In this document: piece after piece, positions 49,474 through 57,604 of the stretch
Layout of the letters: each line of letters begins with the position of its first letter
Numbering within the stretch: the stretch's first letter is position 1
IMG/VR virus record: IMGVR_UViG_3300017991_005544
Location: 2,699-66,698 of that record
Origin: a virus
Length of the DNA: 64,000 bases
Reading direction: 5' to 3' (one strand)
Notes under the pieces: generated by a model
What the model saw: the letters and a program-made list of their open reading frames with translations, nothing else
The model's database searches: none
What the model was told of the DNA's origin: nothing
Position numbers and translations under genes: made by a program

Positions 49474-50208
49474 TTACTTGCGAAGGTAGAGGGTGATGGC
49501 GGTCTCGAGTTTCCCGTCCTGCTCGAGAGCTTCCCTGGCACATCTGTGGTATCGTTCCTTGTCGATATCGGACGGCTTCCATCCGAGAGACAAGATTGCC
49601 TTCTTCAGTTCACGAAGCATCTCCTCGACCTTGGGGTCGGGTTCGTCTTGCTTGATCTGGACGACCGGCTTGGCCCGGCGTTTCTTCGGTATCCTGATGG
49701 GCAGGTCCTGACCGTCGCTCATCACTCCGAATCCTTGACCGGCCCTGACGGCATCCATCATGGTCAGGTTGCTCTCGTACGGATCTCCTGGCTCGATCAT
49801 GTTGGGCAACCCTTCGAAGCCCGGTTCAGCCGGTTCCCCTTTGGCGAGTTTCTCGAGGTTGTGCTCGTCGACCGTGACCGATAGGTAAGCATCGTCGTGA
49901 TCCCAACAGGCTCCCACGACAAAGTCAGTTGACTTGTGATTGATGTAGAGCATCCAGTAGCCCCGGCCTGCCACGAACAAGGTGTCGCCTGCATCCGTGA
50001 TGCCGTTGGGCCTCATCGCAACCCTGCCCTCAAGCTCCAGCTTCCAGTCACTGGTCCAGATGAAGTCGAGACTCACTCGATGGCAAATGGCCGTTTTGGT
50101 CAGGAGCATGTCCTCGAGCAACTCGATCACCCTGGGCTCGATCGCTTCCTTCAGGTATCGTTTGAAGTCGTCGTGGAAATCACTGTGGTTTCCGTTTGCT
50201 TCCTGCAT
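49474..50208 (-). CDS. Hypothetical protein with RuvA-C-like helical tail
   Basis: KKAILSLGWKPSDI...ETAITLYLR. Confidence 0.45.
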   Translation of the reverse strand: MQEANGNHSDFHDDFKRYLKEAIEPRVIELLEDMLLTKTAICHRVSLDFIWTSDWKLELEGRVAMRPNGITDAGDTLFVAGRGYWMLYINHKSTDFVVGACWDHDDAYLSVTVDEHNLEKLAKGEPAEPGFEGLPNMIEPGDPYESNLTMMDAVRAGQGFGVMSDGQDLPIRIPKKRRAKPVVQIKQDEPDPKVEEMLRELKKAILSLGWKPSDIDKERYHRCAREALEQDGKLETAITLYLRK

Positions 50209-50626
50209 GCTGGATTCCTTTCTTACGCCTGGCCTTGAGGAGTTCCTGTTCGATTAGCTCGTGGATTTCTTCGAATCGTTCACGCCACCCTTCCATCCAC
50301 CAGCCGAGAAAACCGTGCTTGCAATTGAAGTCGGCACAGTAGACCCGCTCCATGCACTTGGAGCAACCCTGGTAGGAGCCTCGTTCCGCCACGATGGCGG
50401 GATCCCGCTCCCACTCTTTGCACTGGTAGCCGAGACACATGAAGCAGGGAGGACGTTCATCACAGAGGGCACAGATAGGTTGGTGAAGGTCAACCCACTC
50501 TTTCACGGCTTCCATCCGGTTGGCGATACAGAACGGGCAGTCTGTCGTGGAGGAACACTCGATCTCGGCACCGCTGACCACGTGGAAACGCTGGCCGTCA
50601 CGAATACGGGTTACAAACTTTGGCAT
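50180..50626 (-). CDS. Cys-rich hypothetical protein
   Basis: AAGGAG RBS; multiple CxxC. Confidence 0.5.
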   Translation of the reverse strand: MPKFVTRIRDGQRFHVVSGAEIECSSTTDCPFCIANRMEAVKEWVDLHQPICALCDERPPCFMCLGYQCKEWERDPAIVAERGSYQGCSKCMERVYCADFNCKHGFLGWWMEGWRERFEEIHELIEQELLKARRKKGIQHAGSKRKPQ

Positions 50627-50639
50627 CTGTTTCTCCTTG

Positions 50640-51040
50640 CAAGGATACTGCCCATTCTGACAGATCCTCCTGGATCCTGTCAAGGGGTTTCTGGGCAGAC
50701 CCATGTTTCCAGGTCCTGGACCGGCCCGGAGGCCGGGTCCTGAGAATCCCTTGGCAGGGGGTCCTCCCGGCTCCCGGAGCCGGGTTTTTCTTGAGATGCG
50801 TTTTGTCAACCATTGACGTTGTCAATTATTTACATTGTCAATTATTGACAAACCCCGGTTTCGGGGCCCAGGCCCCGTTCCCGGCCCGGCAATTATTTCG
50901 ATCATTTCCCCCCTACGGGGGGAAATAATCTCAATATATAACGGTACGTATAGAGCGTAGCTCTTCCCCGTAGGGGAAAGGGGGCCGGAAAATTTTTTGC
51001 CCCGAATCCTCTGTGAGTCAGTTTGTAAATTATTTACCAT
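50640..51040. promoter_or_regulatory. Palindrome-dense non-coding region (candidate origin or operator region)
   Basis: Multiple GC hairpins; repeated TTGTCAATTATT and TTGAC/GTCAA motifs. Confidence 0.4.
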
Positions 51041-51049
51041 TTCGTTTTC

Positions 51050-51224
51050 CTCGGGTTCGGGTGTCTTGGGGACCTTGACTCGCTTTCACCAAGTGGGTTT
51101 CTTCCGCCTTTTGACTCGCTTTCACTCATTGGGTTTCTTCAGCCTGATGACTCGCTTTCACAGCTTGGGTTTCTTGCCGGTTATGACTCGCTTTCGTTCG
51201 ATGGGTTTCTTTGAGCCAGTGGCC
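51050..51224 (-). repeat. TIGR-like dual-repeat guide array, downstream of the gene (about 5 units)
   Basis: TGACTCGCTT at 51076, 51112, 51148, 51184 alternating with TGGGTTTCTT; exact 36-nt period. Confidence 0.9.
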
Positions 51225-51242
51225 GTGGGGCCGGGCCCCGCA

Positions 51243-52187
51243 TTACGCAACCTTGACGGTTGGTTCTACCTGGGGCCAACCATAATCCTCTGGCTTGTCG
51301 ATATCGATGTGGCCGAGGTGTTCCTGAACATACGGCTCACTCACGGGCAACCCTTTGAGCTTCCGGGCCACAATCCAGTAGTGGCAAAGGAACCGCTTCA
51401 TCATGACCCGGATGGCATCATCGTGCCGATGGCCTTTCATTGTATCCTTCCAGGCCTTTTCTACGAGTAGCCCATTATTGAGTCGGGTCTTGACTACCAG
51501 TTCGCTCTTGGAGGTCTTCTCTTTCCTCTGATCATAAATGTCCCGGTAAGGGCTCCGGCTCTTGATTATGGAAATAGCCGATCTGTACAGGGCGGTACGG
51601 AGCTTTTTATTTCCTCCTCCCGCCTTGCCTTTTTCGTATCGACTGTGAGAGGGCTTGTCGTACCCGACATACTGCCATAACGACGAAGGGTGATCTGCCT
51701 TCTCGACATTAATGTAGACCGCCAGGTAAGCTGCCGTCCCAGGCCCGAGGCTCCTGACGCACATGGTAGCATCGATGATGGGGTCGTTGTGCTTCACCTT
51801 CATGAGTCTCTTTTCGATCTCTTTTTCAGCCTCTTTTTCTTTCTTGCTGATTTTTTTCAGTATCTTCTCCAGCACTTCAATATCTTGAGGATCGAGGTCA
51901 TCGGTCTCTCGTTTGAAGGCGAGCAGCTGATTCGAAATCTTGATCCGTAGCTTCAGGTGTTGCTCCAGGATATCGATGGCCTGCTTGAGGTACTTCATCC
52001 ATTCGGGCCGCACACGCTTGATCCCGTGTATCTCCATGTGCTCGACAGGATGGAGGAGCCGGTAGTTTTCATCGTCGTAACCGCCTCCTTTAGCCTTGGG
52101 CAATGGATCTCGGTGGGTGTCGATCAAACTTGGGTCGCCGGTGTAACCTTTCTTCCTTTTCAGATCTGTTTTTCTTCCCATCTTCAT
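51243..52187 (-). CDS. TasH-like protein: N-terminal HNH + Nop/IS110-like RNA-binding domain
   Basis: DTHR...GGGYDDENYRLL...H...HG; LGPGTAA...SSLWQYVG; GNKKLRTALY; HDDAIRVMMKRFL. Confidence 0.85.
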   Translation of the reverse strand: MKMGRKTDLKRKKGYTGDPSLIDTHRDPLPKAKGGGYDDENYRLLHPVEHMEIHGIKRVRPEWMKYLKQAIDILEQHLKLRIKISNQLLAFKRETDDLDPQDIEVLEKILKKISKKEKEAEKEIEKRLMKVKHNDPIIDATMCVRSLGPGTAAYLAVYINVEKADHPSSLWQYVGYDKPSHSRYEKGKAGGGNKKLRTALYRSAISIIKSRSPYRDIYDQRKEKTSKSELVVKTRLNNGLLVEKAWKDTMKGHRHDDAIRVMMKRFLCHYWIVARKLKGLPVSEPYVQEHLGHIDIDKPEDYGWPQVEPTVKVA

Positions 52188-52544
52188 ACTCCTTTCGTGT
52201 TGTGGGTTTCTTCTACTTTGTGACTCGCTTTCACCAAGTGGGTTTCTTGCGTCCCTTGACTCGCTTCGAAACCGTGGGTTTCTTCCATTCCTTGACTCGC
52301 TTACGATCGATGGGTTTCTTTACCTCTCTGACTCGCTTGCACGCAATGGGTTTCTTCTGCTGTTTGACTCGCTTCGATGTAATGGGTTTCTTCTGCTTTT
52401 TGGCTCGCTTCTCCTTTTTGAGTTTCTTGTAACGAGTGACTCGCTTTCGAGTTGTGGGTTTCTTAGGCCTTCTGACTCACTTTTGCTTTTTGGGTTTCTT
52501 GCAACGACTGATTCGCTTTCTTGTTGTGGGTTTCTTACCTCCTT
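52188..52544 (-). repeat. TIGR-like dual-repeat guide array, upstream of the gene (about 10 units)
   Basis: TGACTCGCTT-like every 36 nt from 52221 to 52509; TGGGTTTCTT-like every 36 nt from 52203 to 52527; variable 8-nt spacers. Confidence 0.92.
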
Positions 52545-52639
52545 TTGTTCCACGAACTGAAGACCTCCTCCAGCACTCCCAACACCAGGATGCCAAAGAT
52601 GATCCAACCAAACACTTTCATGATCAGTATGATGGTCAT
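52535..52639 (-). CDS. Small single-TM peptide
   Basis: MTIILIMKVFGWIIFGILVLGVLEEVFSSWNKRR*, AGGAG RBS; stop overlaps the first array repeat. Confidence 0.45.
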   Translation of the reverse strand: MTIILIMKVFGWIIFGILVLGVLEEVFSSWNKRR

Positions 52640-52732
52640 GGCTTTTCTCCTCTAAATAATTCAAAGACGCTGTCTATTGCGATGATCAAGACCACGACGG
52701 CAAAAATCTTCACGATGATCATTTTGCCCTCC

Positions 52733-53314
52733 TTACCATTTGGTTCCGACCAGAACGGTGTGCATGTTGATCCCGACGTTCTGTTCCGATAGACCTGAGT
52801 TCGACAGGTGAGTCAGCCGGTACTCGAGCAGGACGGATCGTTTGCTCGAGGCCTGGAACCTGGCCCCGGCCCCAACCGAGGGGGTGAAGTTCAGTGGCAG
52901 GCCCATCCCTTCCACCGACATGCTGTTCCACGAGATGCCTGCCATTAGCTTCAGGTATGGCGAGAAACCCTTGACCAGCTGATACGGAAACGTCAGGACC
53001 GGCTGAGCCACCAGCAGCAGGCCGTTGCCCTCGTTGGTCCTGTAGCCCAACATGATCTCGCCCTCCAGGACGGCCCACAGGTCTCCTGCCAGGTGTCTGC
53101 CGTACAGGTCGGTGCTCAACGTCGAGAGCCATACCTCGACCTTCTCGGTGCTGGCGAACAATCCGGCAGGCTGAATGGCGAACCCCGTCATGGTCGTGAT
53201 CTCGGCTCCCTCGGCAGGATCCAGCCAGTCGGCCACGTGACCGCAGCAGGTCTGCACCGTCGTCATGACGACCACAAACATGATGACGAACAGGATGTAT
53301 TCATACCACTTCAT
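52733..53314 (-). CDS. PagL-like lipid A 3-O-deacylase (outer-membrane beta-barrel)
   Basis: Signal peptide; EYRLTHLSNSGL...NVGIN motif; C-terminal Trp. Confidence 0.75.
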   Translation of the reverse strand: MKWYEYILFVIMFVVVMTTVQTCCGHVADWLDPAEGAEITTMTGFAIQPAGLFASTEKVEVWLSTLSTDLYGRHLAGDLWAVLEGEIMLGYRTNEGNGLLLVAQPVLTFPYQLVKGFSPYLKLMAGISWNSMSVEGMGLPLNFTPSVGAGARFQASSKRSVLLEYRLTHLSNSGLSEQNVGINMHTVLVGTKW

Positions 53315-53543
53315 CGTCCTTCTCCTTCATCCTCATGATGGTTTGGTGTAGCCGGGCGGAATGCAGCATGACCTCGAGAGTGTTGTGGGCGAGCTTGACG
53401 TTCTCCTTCACCAGGTCGAGCCCTATCCAGTCTAAATCCCGTACCGCCGACTGATAGATCTCGAGCGACTGGATCGTGCCGGTCATGCGGGAGAAGTCGT
53501 TCAAGATCTCTTTGAGTTCGCCTTTCCAGTTGCGGTTGCTCAT
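53301..53543 (-). CDS. Hypothetical protein
   Basis: GGAGG RBS; MSNRNWK... Confidence 0.45.
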   Translation of the reverse strand: MSNRNWKGELKEILNDFSRMTGTIQSLEIYQSAVRDLDWIGLDLVKENVKLAHNTLEVMLHSARLHQTIMRMKEKDDEVV

Positions 53544-53752
53544 GGTGTCCTCCCGAACATCAGGATGGTCTTGACAAATAGGTCCAGGGCTTCCTCGATG
53601 GTACTGGCATCTCCGCAGTTGCGACACCTGATGAATCCGTGGTCCCCTCGATGACTCCATCGGAAGCTACACGTCCTGCACGTCACGTTCAGGATCGGTA
53701 TGCTGACGTGATCCTTGCCCTTGAGCTTTACAATCGAGTCAATCGAGATCAT
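53540..53752 (-). CDS. Small Zn-ribbon protein
   Basis: CRTC...CRNC. Confidence 0.45.
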   Translation of the reverse strand: MISIDSIVKLKGKDHVSIPILNVTCRTCSFRWSHRGDHGFIRCRNCGDASTIEEALDLFVKTILMFGRTP

Positions 53753-53764
53753 AAAATTCCTTTG

Positions 53765-53836
53765 TGGTAGGGGGAGGGAGGAATTGAACCTCCACGCCGG
53801 TCATGACCCTCGCTCTACCGTTGAGCTACTCCCCCT
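53765..53836 (-). tRNA. Atypical tRNA-like gene (8-bp acceptor stem, shortened anticodon arm)
   Basis: AGGGGGAG/CTCCCCCT+ACCA, D-arm GCTC/GAGC, T-arm GGAGG-TTCAATT-CCTCC. Confidence 0.75.
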
Positions 53837-54719
53837 ATAACAGTATTGCTCCGCTGTATTGCCAATCGTACCGGAGGTGACCGTCCGGGAAAAAGATCAA
53901 CTGCCTGAGTTCGTCATTTCTGGTCGGGTCGATCGTGAGACAATCCGAGAGACAGACGTTCTGCCCGTGGTAGTCGTACACGATGGCCCCGTGCATCAGT
54001 TCCATCAGGCGGGTGCCTTCATAATCAAGCTCGTTTTTGATTTCTTCTATCTGGGAAGGGTCGAGGGCATGATCGGCAACAAATCGGCTGATGTTGTAGT
54101 CCTTGCAAACCTCGGGTCTCTTGATGTTGCGGATCGTGAGTTGCTCGACCTTGTGGTCCTGGCACCACTGGATCATGTTCTCGACATCACCGACGTGCTC
54201 GATGTAGCCCTTGACCAACATGCAGGTGATCCTGACTGAAAAGCCCCTGTCGTGAAGTCGATCCACAACCTTGCCGAGGGGGTAGCCCATCCCATAGATC
54301 TCTGCGTTCATGGTTGGCATCCAATGAACAACCGAGAGGCAGATGGTCGTGAGGCCGTCGTGGCTCCAGACTCCCATGAATTCATCATAGTCTTTTTCGT
54401 GGGTATGGAACCGGATCCCGTTGGTCTGGAGTTCAACGAACGGGAAGTTCCAGGCCTTGAGTCTTCCGACGGTACGGCTGATCTCGACAGGGTGCAGGGT
54501 AGGCTCGCCCTTGCCGGTCAACAAGACGGTCGAGACCCCGCAGTCCTTTGCGTAGTCGCAGGCCGATTTGAACCGGCGGAAATATTGTGGGTGAGTGCCT
54601 TCGGTATCCATGCCGTAGTCCCGGATGCCTTCGTCGTGCGTCATCTTGGAGACACAAAACGGGCACCTGGCGTTACACTTGTGGTTGCCGATCACCATCG
54701 AGAGGGTCTGGATCTTCAT
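53835..54719 (-). CDS. Radical SAM protein
   Basis: CNARCPFC, TGKGEPTL, QTNG. Confidence 0.88.
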   Translation of the reverse strand: MKIQTLSMVIGNHKCNARCPFCVSKMTHDEGIRDYGMDTEGTHPQYFRRFKSACDYAKDCGVSTVLLTGKGEPTLHPVEISRTVGRLKAWNFPFVELQTNGIRFHTHEKDYDEFMGVWSHDGLTTICLSVVHWMPTMNAEIYGMGYPLGKVVDRLHDRGFSVRITCMLVKGYIEHVGDVENMIQWCQDHKVEQLTIRNIKRPEVCKDYNISRFVADHALDPSQIEEIKNELDYEGTRLMELMHGAIVYDYHGQNVCLSDCLTIDPTRNDELRQLIFFPDGHLRYDWQYSGAILL

Positions 54720-54891
54720 CGTCGAGTCCTTTCATGTTTCTTGAGTTCTTCATCGATCCTGTTCACCAGGAGCGACCCGGTGATTGCCATCAGGACGATC
54801 CCGATGATTCCGCCTTCAACGCTGCCGACCACGAGTGTTGCGATGAACAGCACCACGGCAACAGCGAAGCTGGCAAATTCGAGTGTTTTGA

Positions 54892-55455
54892 TCATGACCC
54901 TAGTGTCTCCCTTACCCCGGCCCGAACGCCTTCAAAAAGCCATCTCTTGAACTTCTCACGGGCTTCCTGGTTCTTAGGGTTTCTCAGGATATAGCTTGGA
55001 TGGTATGTCGAGATGTAGAGCATGCCGTCCCGCCGGACCCACTTGCCCCATTCGTAATCCGGGCCGATCAACGTCTTGCTCGCAGGCCTGCCGATGCAGA
55101 CCACCACCTTGGCAGGCGAACGGGTCAGCTTGTACTGGAGCCACGGGCTGCATGCCTCGATCTCGTCCGGCCTGGGATCCCGGTTGTTAGGGGGTCGGCA
55201 CTGGATGATGTTCGTGATGAACAGGTACTCGAACACCACGTCGGTGAATTCTTCCTCCAGGGTCTCCCGGAGCAGCTGCCCCGACTTGCCGACAAAGGCT
55301 TCACCTGTTTCATCCTCATCCTTGCCGGGCCCTTCTCCGACCAGGATGGCGGCGGCGGTCCTCATGTTGCCTGATCCCCATACACAAAGGTTTCGCCCCT
55401 TGTGCAGGCGGCAGGCAGTGCATTCGACATGGGGAATACGGAATGGATCCATCAC
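54892..55455 (-). CDS. Uracil-DNA glycosylase family 4
   Basis: CTAC, VGEGPG..ED, FVGKSG, CRPPNNR, TYHPS. Confidence 0.92.
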   Translation of the reverse strand: MMDPFRIPHVECTACRLHKGRNLCVWGSGNMRTAAAILVGEGPGKDEDETGEAFVGKSGQLLRETLEEEFTDVVFEYLFITNIIQCRPPNNRDPRPDEIEACSPWLQYKLTRSPAKVVVCIGRPASKTLIGPDYEWGKWVRRDGMLYISTYHPSYILRNPKNQEAREKFKRWLFEGVRAGVRETLGS

Positions 55456-55652
55456 AATCTCCCGATCTCGGTTATGATTTGCTGAAATTCCTCGTATTGT
55501 TCGTCATCGAGGCGTTCGCCAAAATGTTTGATCATGTGCAGCACCCTTGCCATCTGGGGCTCCACGATCCTGACGGCCTTGCTCGGCATCGTCACGCCAC
55601 ATTCCGGGCAATAGAGGCCACCATCCTCAGTCTGAAGGGGTATCGTGAGCAT
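55452..55652 (-). CDS. Small hypothetical protein
   Basis: CPEC; coupled ORF. Confidence 0.4.
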   Translation of the reverse strand: MLTIPLQTEDGGLYCPECGVTMPSKAVRIVEPQMARVLHMIKHFGERLDDEQYEEFQQIITEIGRL

Positions 55653-56598
55653 ACTTTACTCTCGCTTCCAGGATCCCGATAAAATGATTCTTTGCAAGCT
55701 CTGTAATTTCCTTCTGAAGTTTACCGAAGTCGATTGTGGGCCGCTTGAATTTCTTCAGGATGTCCCACATGTCTTCCGTGATGATGTCGTGATAGACGGT
55801 GCTGAGCAGCCTGCTCATGTCATCGATGGTGGCGGGTGATCCTTTCTGGTCGTGGATCTTTTGCAGAATCTTTTCGACTCGACTGTAGGTGCAGTAGACC
55901 GACGCAATCTTCATCTCGACCGCTTCCCTGGGGATCGGGCCTCCGAAGACCTTGACGTTCATCTCCCGGAATTCCTTCGCCACCAGCTTGGCGTAGGGCT
56001 GACGACCCCACTTGTTGATGAAGTCGTAGTTCTTGATCACGATGCCCTCGCCCTGGGGGTGGGCCTCGTAGTTGGTTCTGCCCACCATGGACTCGAGGGC
56101 CTCGACCTTCGGGAATGCCGTGATCACGAGGGGCCTGAGGTACGGGATCTCGTATTCCGCTATCATGGGTTCGTATTCCCAATAGGGCAGCATCCTGCCC
56201 TTGGTCCTGTCCTCAACGTCGAACACGTAGAGCTTGCCCAGGTGCTTGGATGGATAGTTGACGGCATGCTTCACGAGCCATTCACCGTAGATTCGTGCGT
56301 GAGGGTAGGACAACAGGAAGCTGACCAGGTCGTCGTTCTTCATGACGTAATCAGGGAGGCCCCGGAAGCCATCCATGATCTCGGCATCCATGGTGGCGGG
56401 GTAGAATCGGGCCACCACGTTGTTCCTGGAGGCCACGTAGATCCAGTAGCGGTCGCCCTCAAGGTTGGCCCAGGCAGAGGCGTTGGCACCATCGAGTTTC
56501 TCGAACACGTAGACCTGGCCCTCCAGGATACCGCCGACCTCATCGATCTTGTCGAGTCTTTCAACCTTCTCGTACTTTTTGAATCCGGTGTCTTCCAT
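55627..56598 (-). CDS. RNA ligase (Rnl2-like)
   Basis: EKLDGAN, ASRN, YGEW, FDV, EGIVIK, AKL nucleotidyltransferase motifs. Confidence 0.85.
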   Translation of the reverse strand: MEDTGFKKYEKVERLDKIDEVGGILEGQVYVFEKLDGANASAWANLEGDRYWIYVASRNNVVARFYPATMDAEIMDGFRGLPDYVMKNDDLVSFLLSYPHARIYGEWLVKHAVNYPSKHLGKLYVFDVEDRTKGRMLPYWEYEPMIAEYEIPYLRPLVITAFPKVEALESMVGRTNYEAHPQGEGIVIKNYDFINKWGRQPYAKLVAKEFREMNVKVFGGPIPREAVEMKIASVYCTYSRVEKILQKIHDQKGSPATIDDMSRLLSTVYHDIITEDMWDILKKFKRPTIDFGKLQKEITELAKNHFIGILEARVKYAHDTPSD

Positions 56599-56619
56599 AC
56601 TGTTCCTCCTCGGCGTTTC

Positions 56620-57054
56620 TTATTTCATTGCCTCCATGTAGGCTGATGCTCCCTCTTCCCTCAGGTTCTCCACGAGTTCTCGAGCATCCTGTTCGGTGAG
56701 CTTCTCCTCGATAATGTGAGGGAGGCTCTCGACAACGTCTTTGGATTCCTTGAGCCCGAGGCCGGTGGCCTGCTTCACGATCTTGATGATCTGGATCTTC
56801 TTTTCTCCATGGTCGGTCAACACGACTTTGAATAATCCCGATATGGTAGCGTCGATCAGGATGCCTGGATTCCGCTTGGCGATCTCGCCCAGGAGCCTCC
56901 GCATCTGAGTCTCGTCTGACCGGCAGATGATGTCGATGGCCTCACGATAGACCCGTCTCTCCTGTTCCATTGCTTTCTCGAGGTACTCGTCGAAGGACCG
57001 CTTGGATCGGTTGGATCCTTCCTGGCTGAATCTCTCGAGCGGGATCGTCTTCAT
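56620..57054 (-). CDS. Protein with ribosomal bL12 (L7/L12) C-terminal domain
   Basis: FKVVLTDHGEKKIQIIKIVKQATGLGLKESKDVVE...GA. Confidence 0.85.
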   Translation of the reverse strand: MKTIPLERFSQEGSNRSKRSFDEYLEKAMEQERRVYREAIDIICRSDETQMRRLLGEIAKRNPGILIDATISGLFKVVLTDHGEKKIQIIKIVKQATGLGLKESKDVVESLPHIIEEKLTEQDARELVENLREEGASAYMEAMK

Positions 57055-57244
57055 CGTGGCTCCTATGTATACTCACGGATCAGGTTCTTGACGGCCTGCT
57101 TGCCCTTGGTCCGGTCGTACCGGGTCCGGTCAACATGGACCTCGGTGCTCCTGGCGTAGGGGTTGCGCTGACCGTGTTTCTTCTTCTTCCTCGAGTACCA
57201 GTTCGTCTTGTTGTTCACGACATGCTCCTTGTGTTTGGAGTTTC

Positions 57245-57604
57245 TCAGGGTGCCGACTGCTGCGGTCCCTTCATGAGCCAGCCCTCGGCATCCTGGCAGC
57301 ACCATCTTAGATGTTCTTGATAGTTTTCCTTCTTGCTGAACTTCAACACGTATACCATCCGGCTGACCTTCAAGTCGATCCAGACAATGATGGTCATGTA
57401 CTTGTCACTGTACCAGGCACCGGCCTCGATCGGCCCCGGTCTGAAGCTCTCGATCGGGAGGAATCCGAACGGCACCCCCCGATCGATTCCCTCTCGATCC
57501 CGTTGGGTAATCCAGGAGAAGGCCGAGACCTGGTGAGCCTCGACCCATACGAATTCAGTCATGTTGTCCAACAGGTATTTTTCGAGGGGGTTGTGTTTCA
57601 TCAT
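57245..57604 (-). CDS. Hypothetical protein
   Basis: Coupled ORF. Confidence 0.45.
   Translation of the reverse strand: MMKHNPLEKYLLDNMTEFVWVEAHQVSAFSWITQRDREGIDRGVPFGFLPIESFRPGPIEAGAWYSDKYMTIIVWIDLKVSRMVYVLKFSKKENYQEHLRWCCQDAEGWLMKGPQQSAP

Noticed and set aside
51243-52187. IS110 insertion sequence
   Set aside because: The N-terminus is HNH-like rather than the DEDD RuvC domain, and the gene is flanked by periodic arrays
51050-52544. CRISPR array
   Set aside because: Two alternating 10-nt repeats with 8-nt spacers and no cas genes; the geometry does not fit CRISPR
52103-52792. ORFs with repeating TRF...GFF or RNP...SES peptides (also 50997..51470)
   Set aside because: By-products of the 36-nt (multiple-of-3) array period
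53765-53836. Ordinary tRNA-Met(CAT)
   Set aside because: The anticodon arm is too short for a 5-bp stem and 7-nt loop, so no identity was assigned
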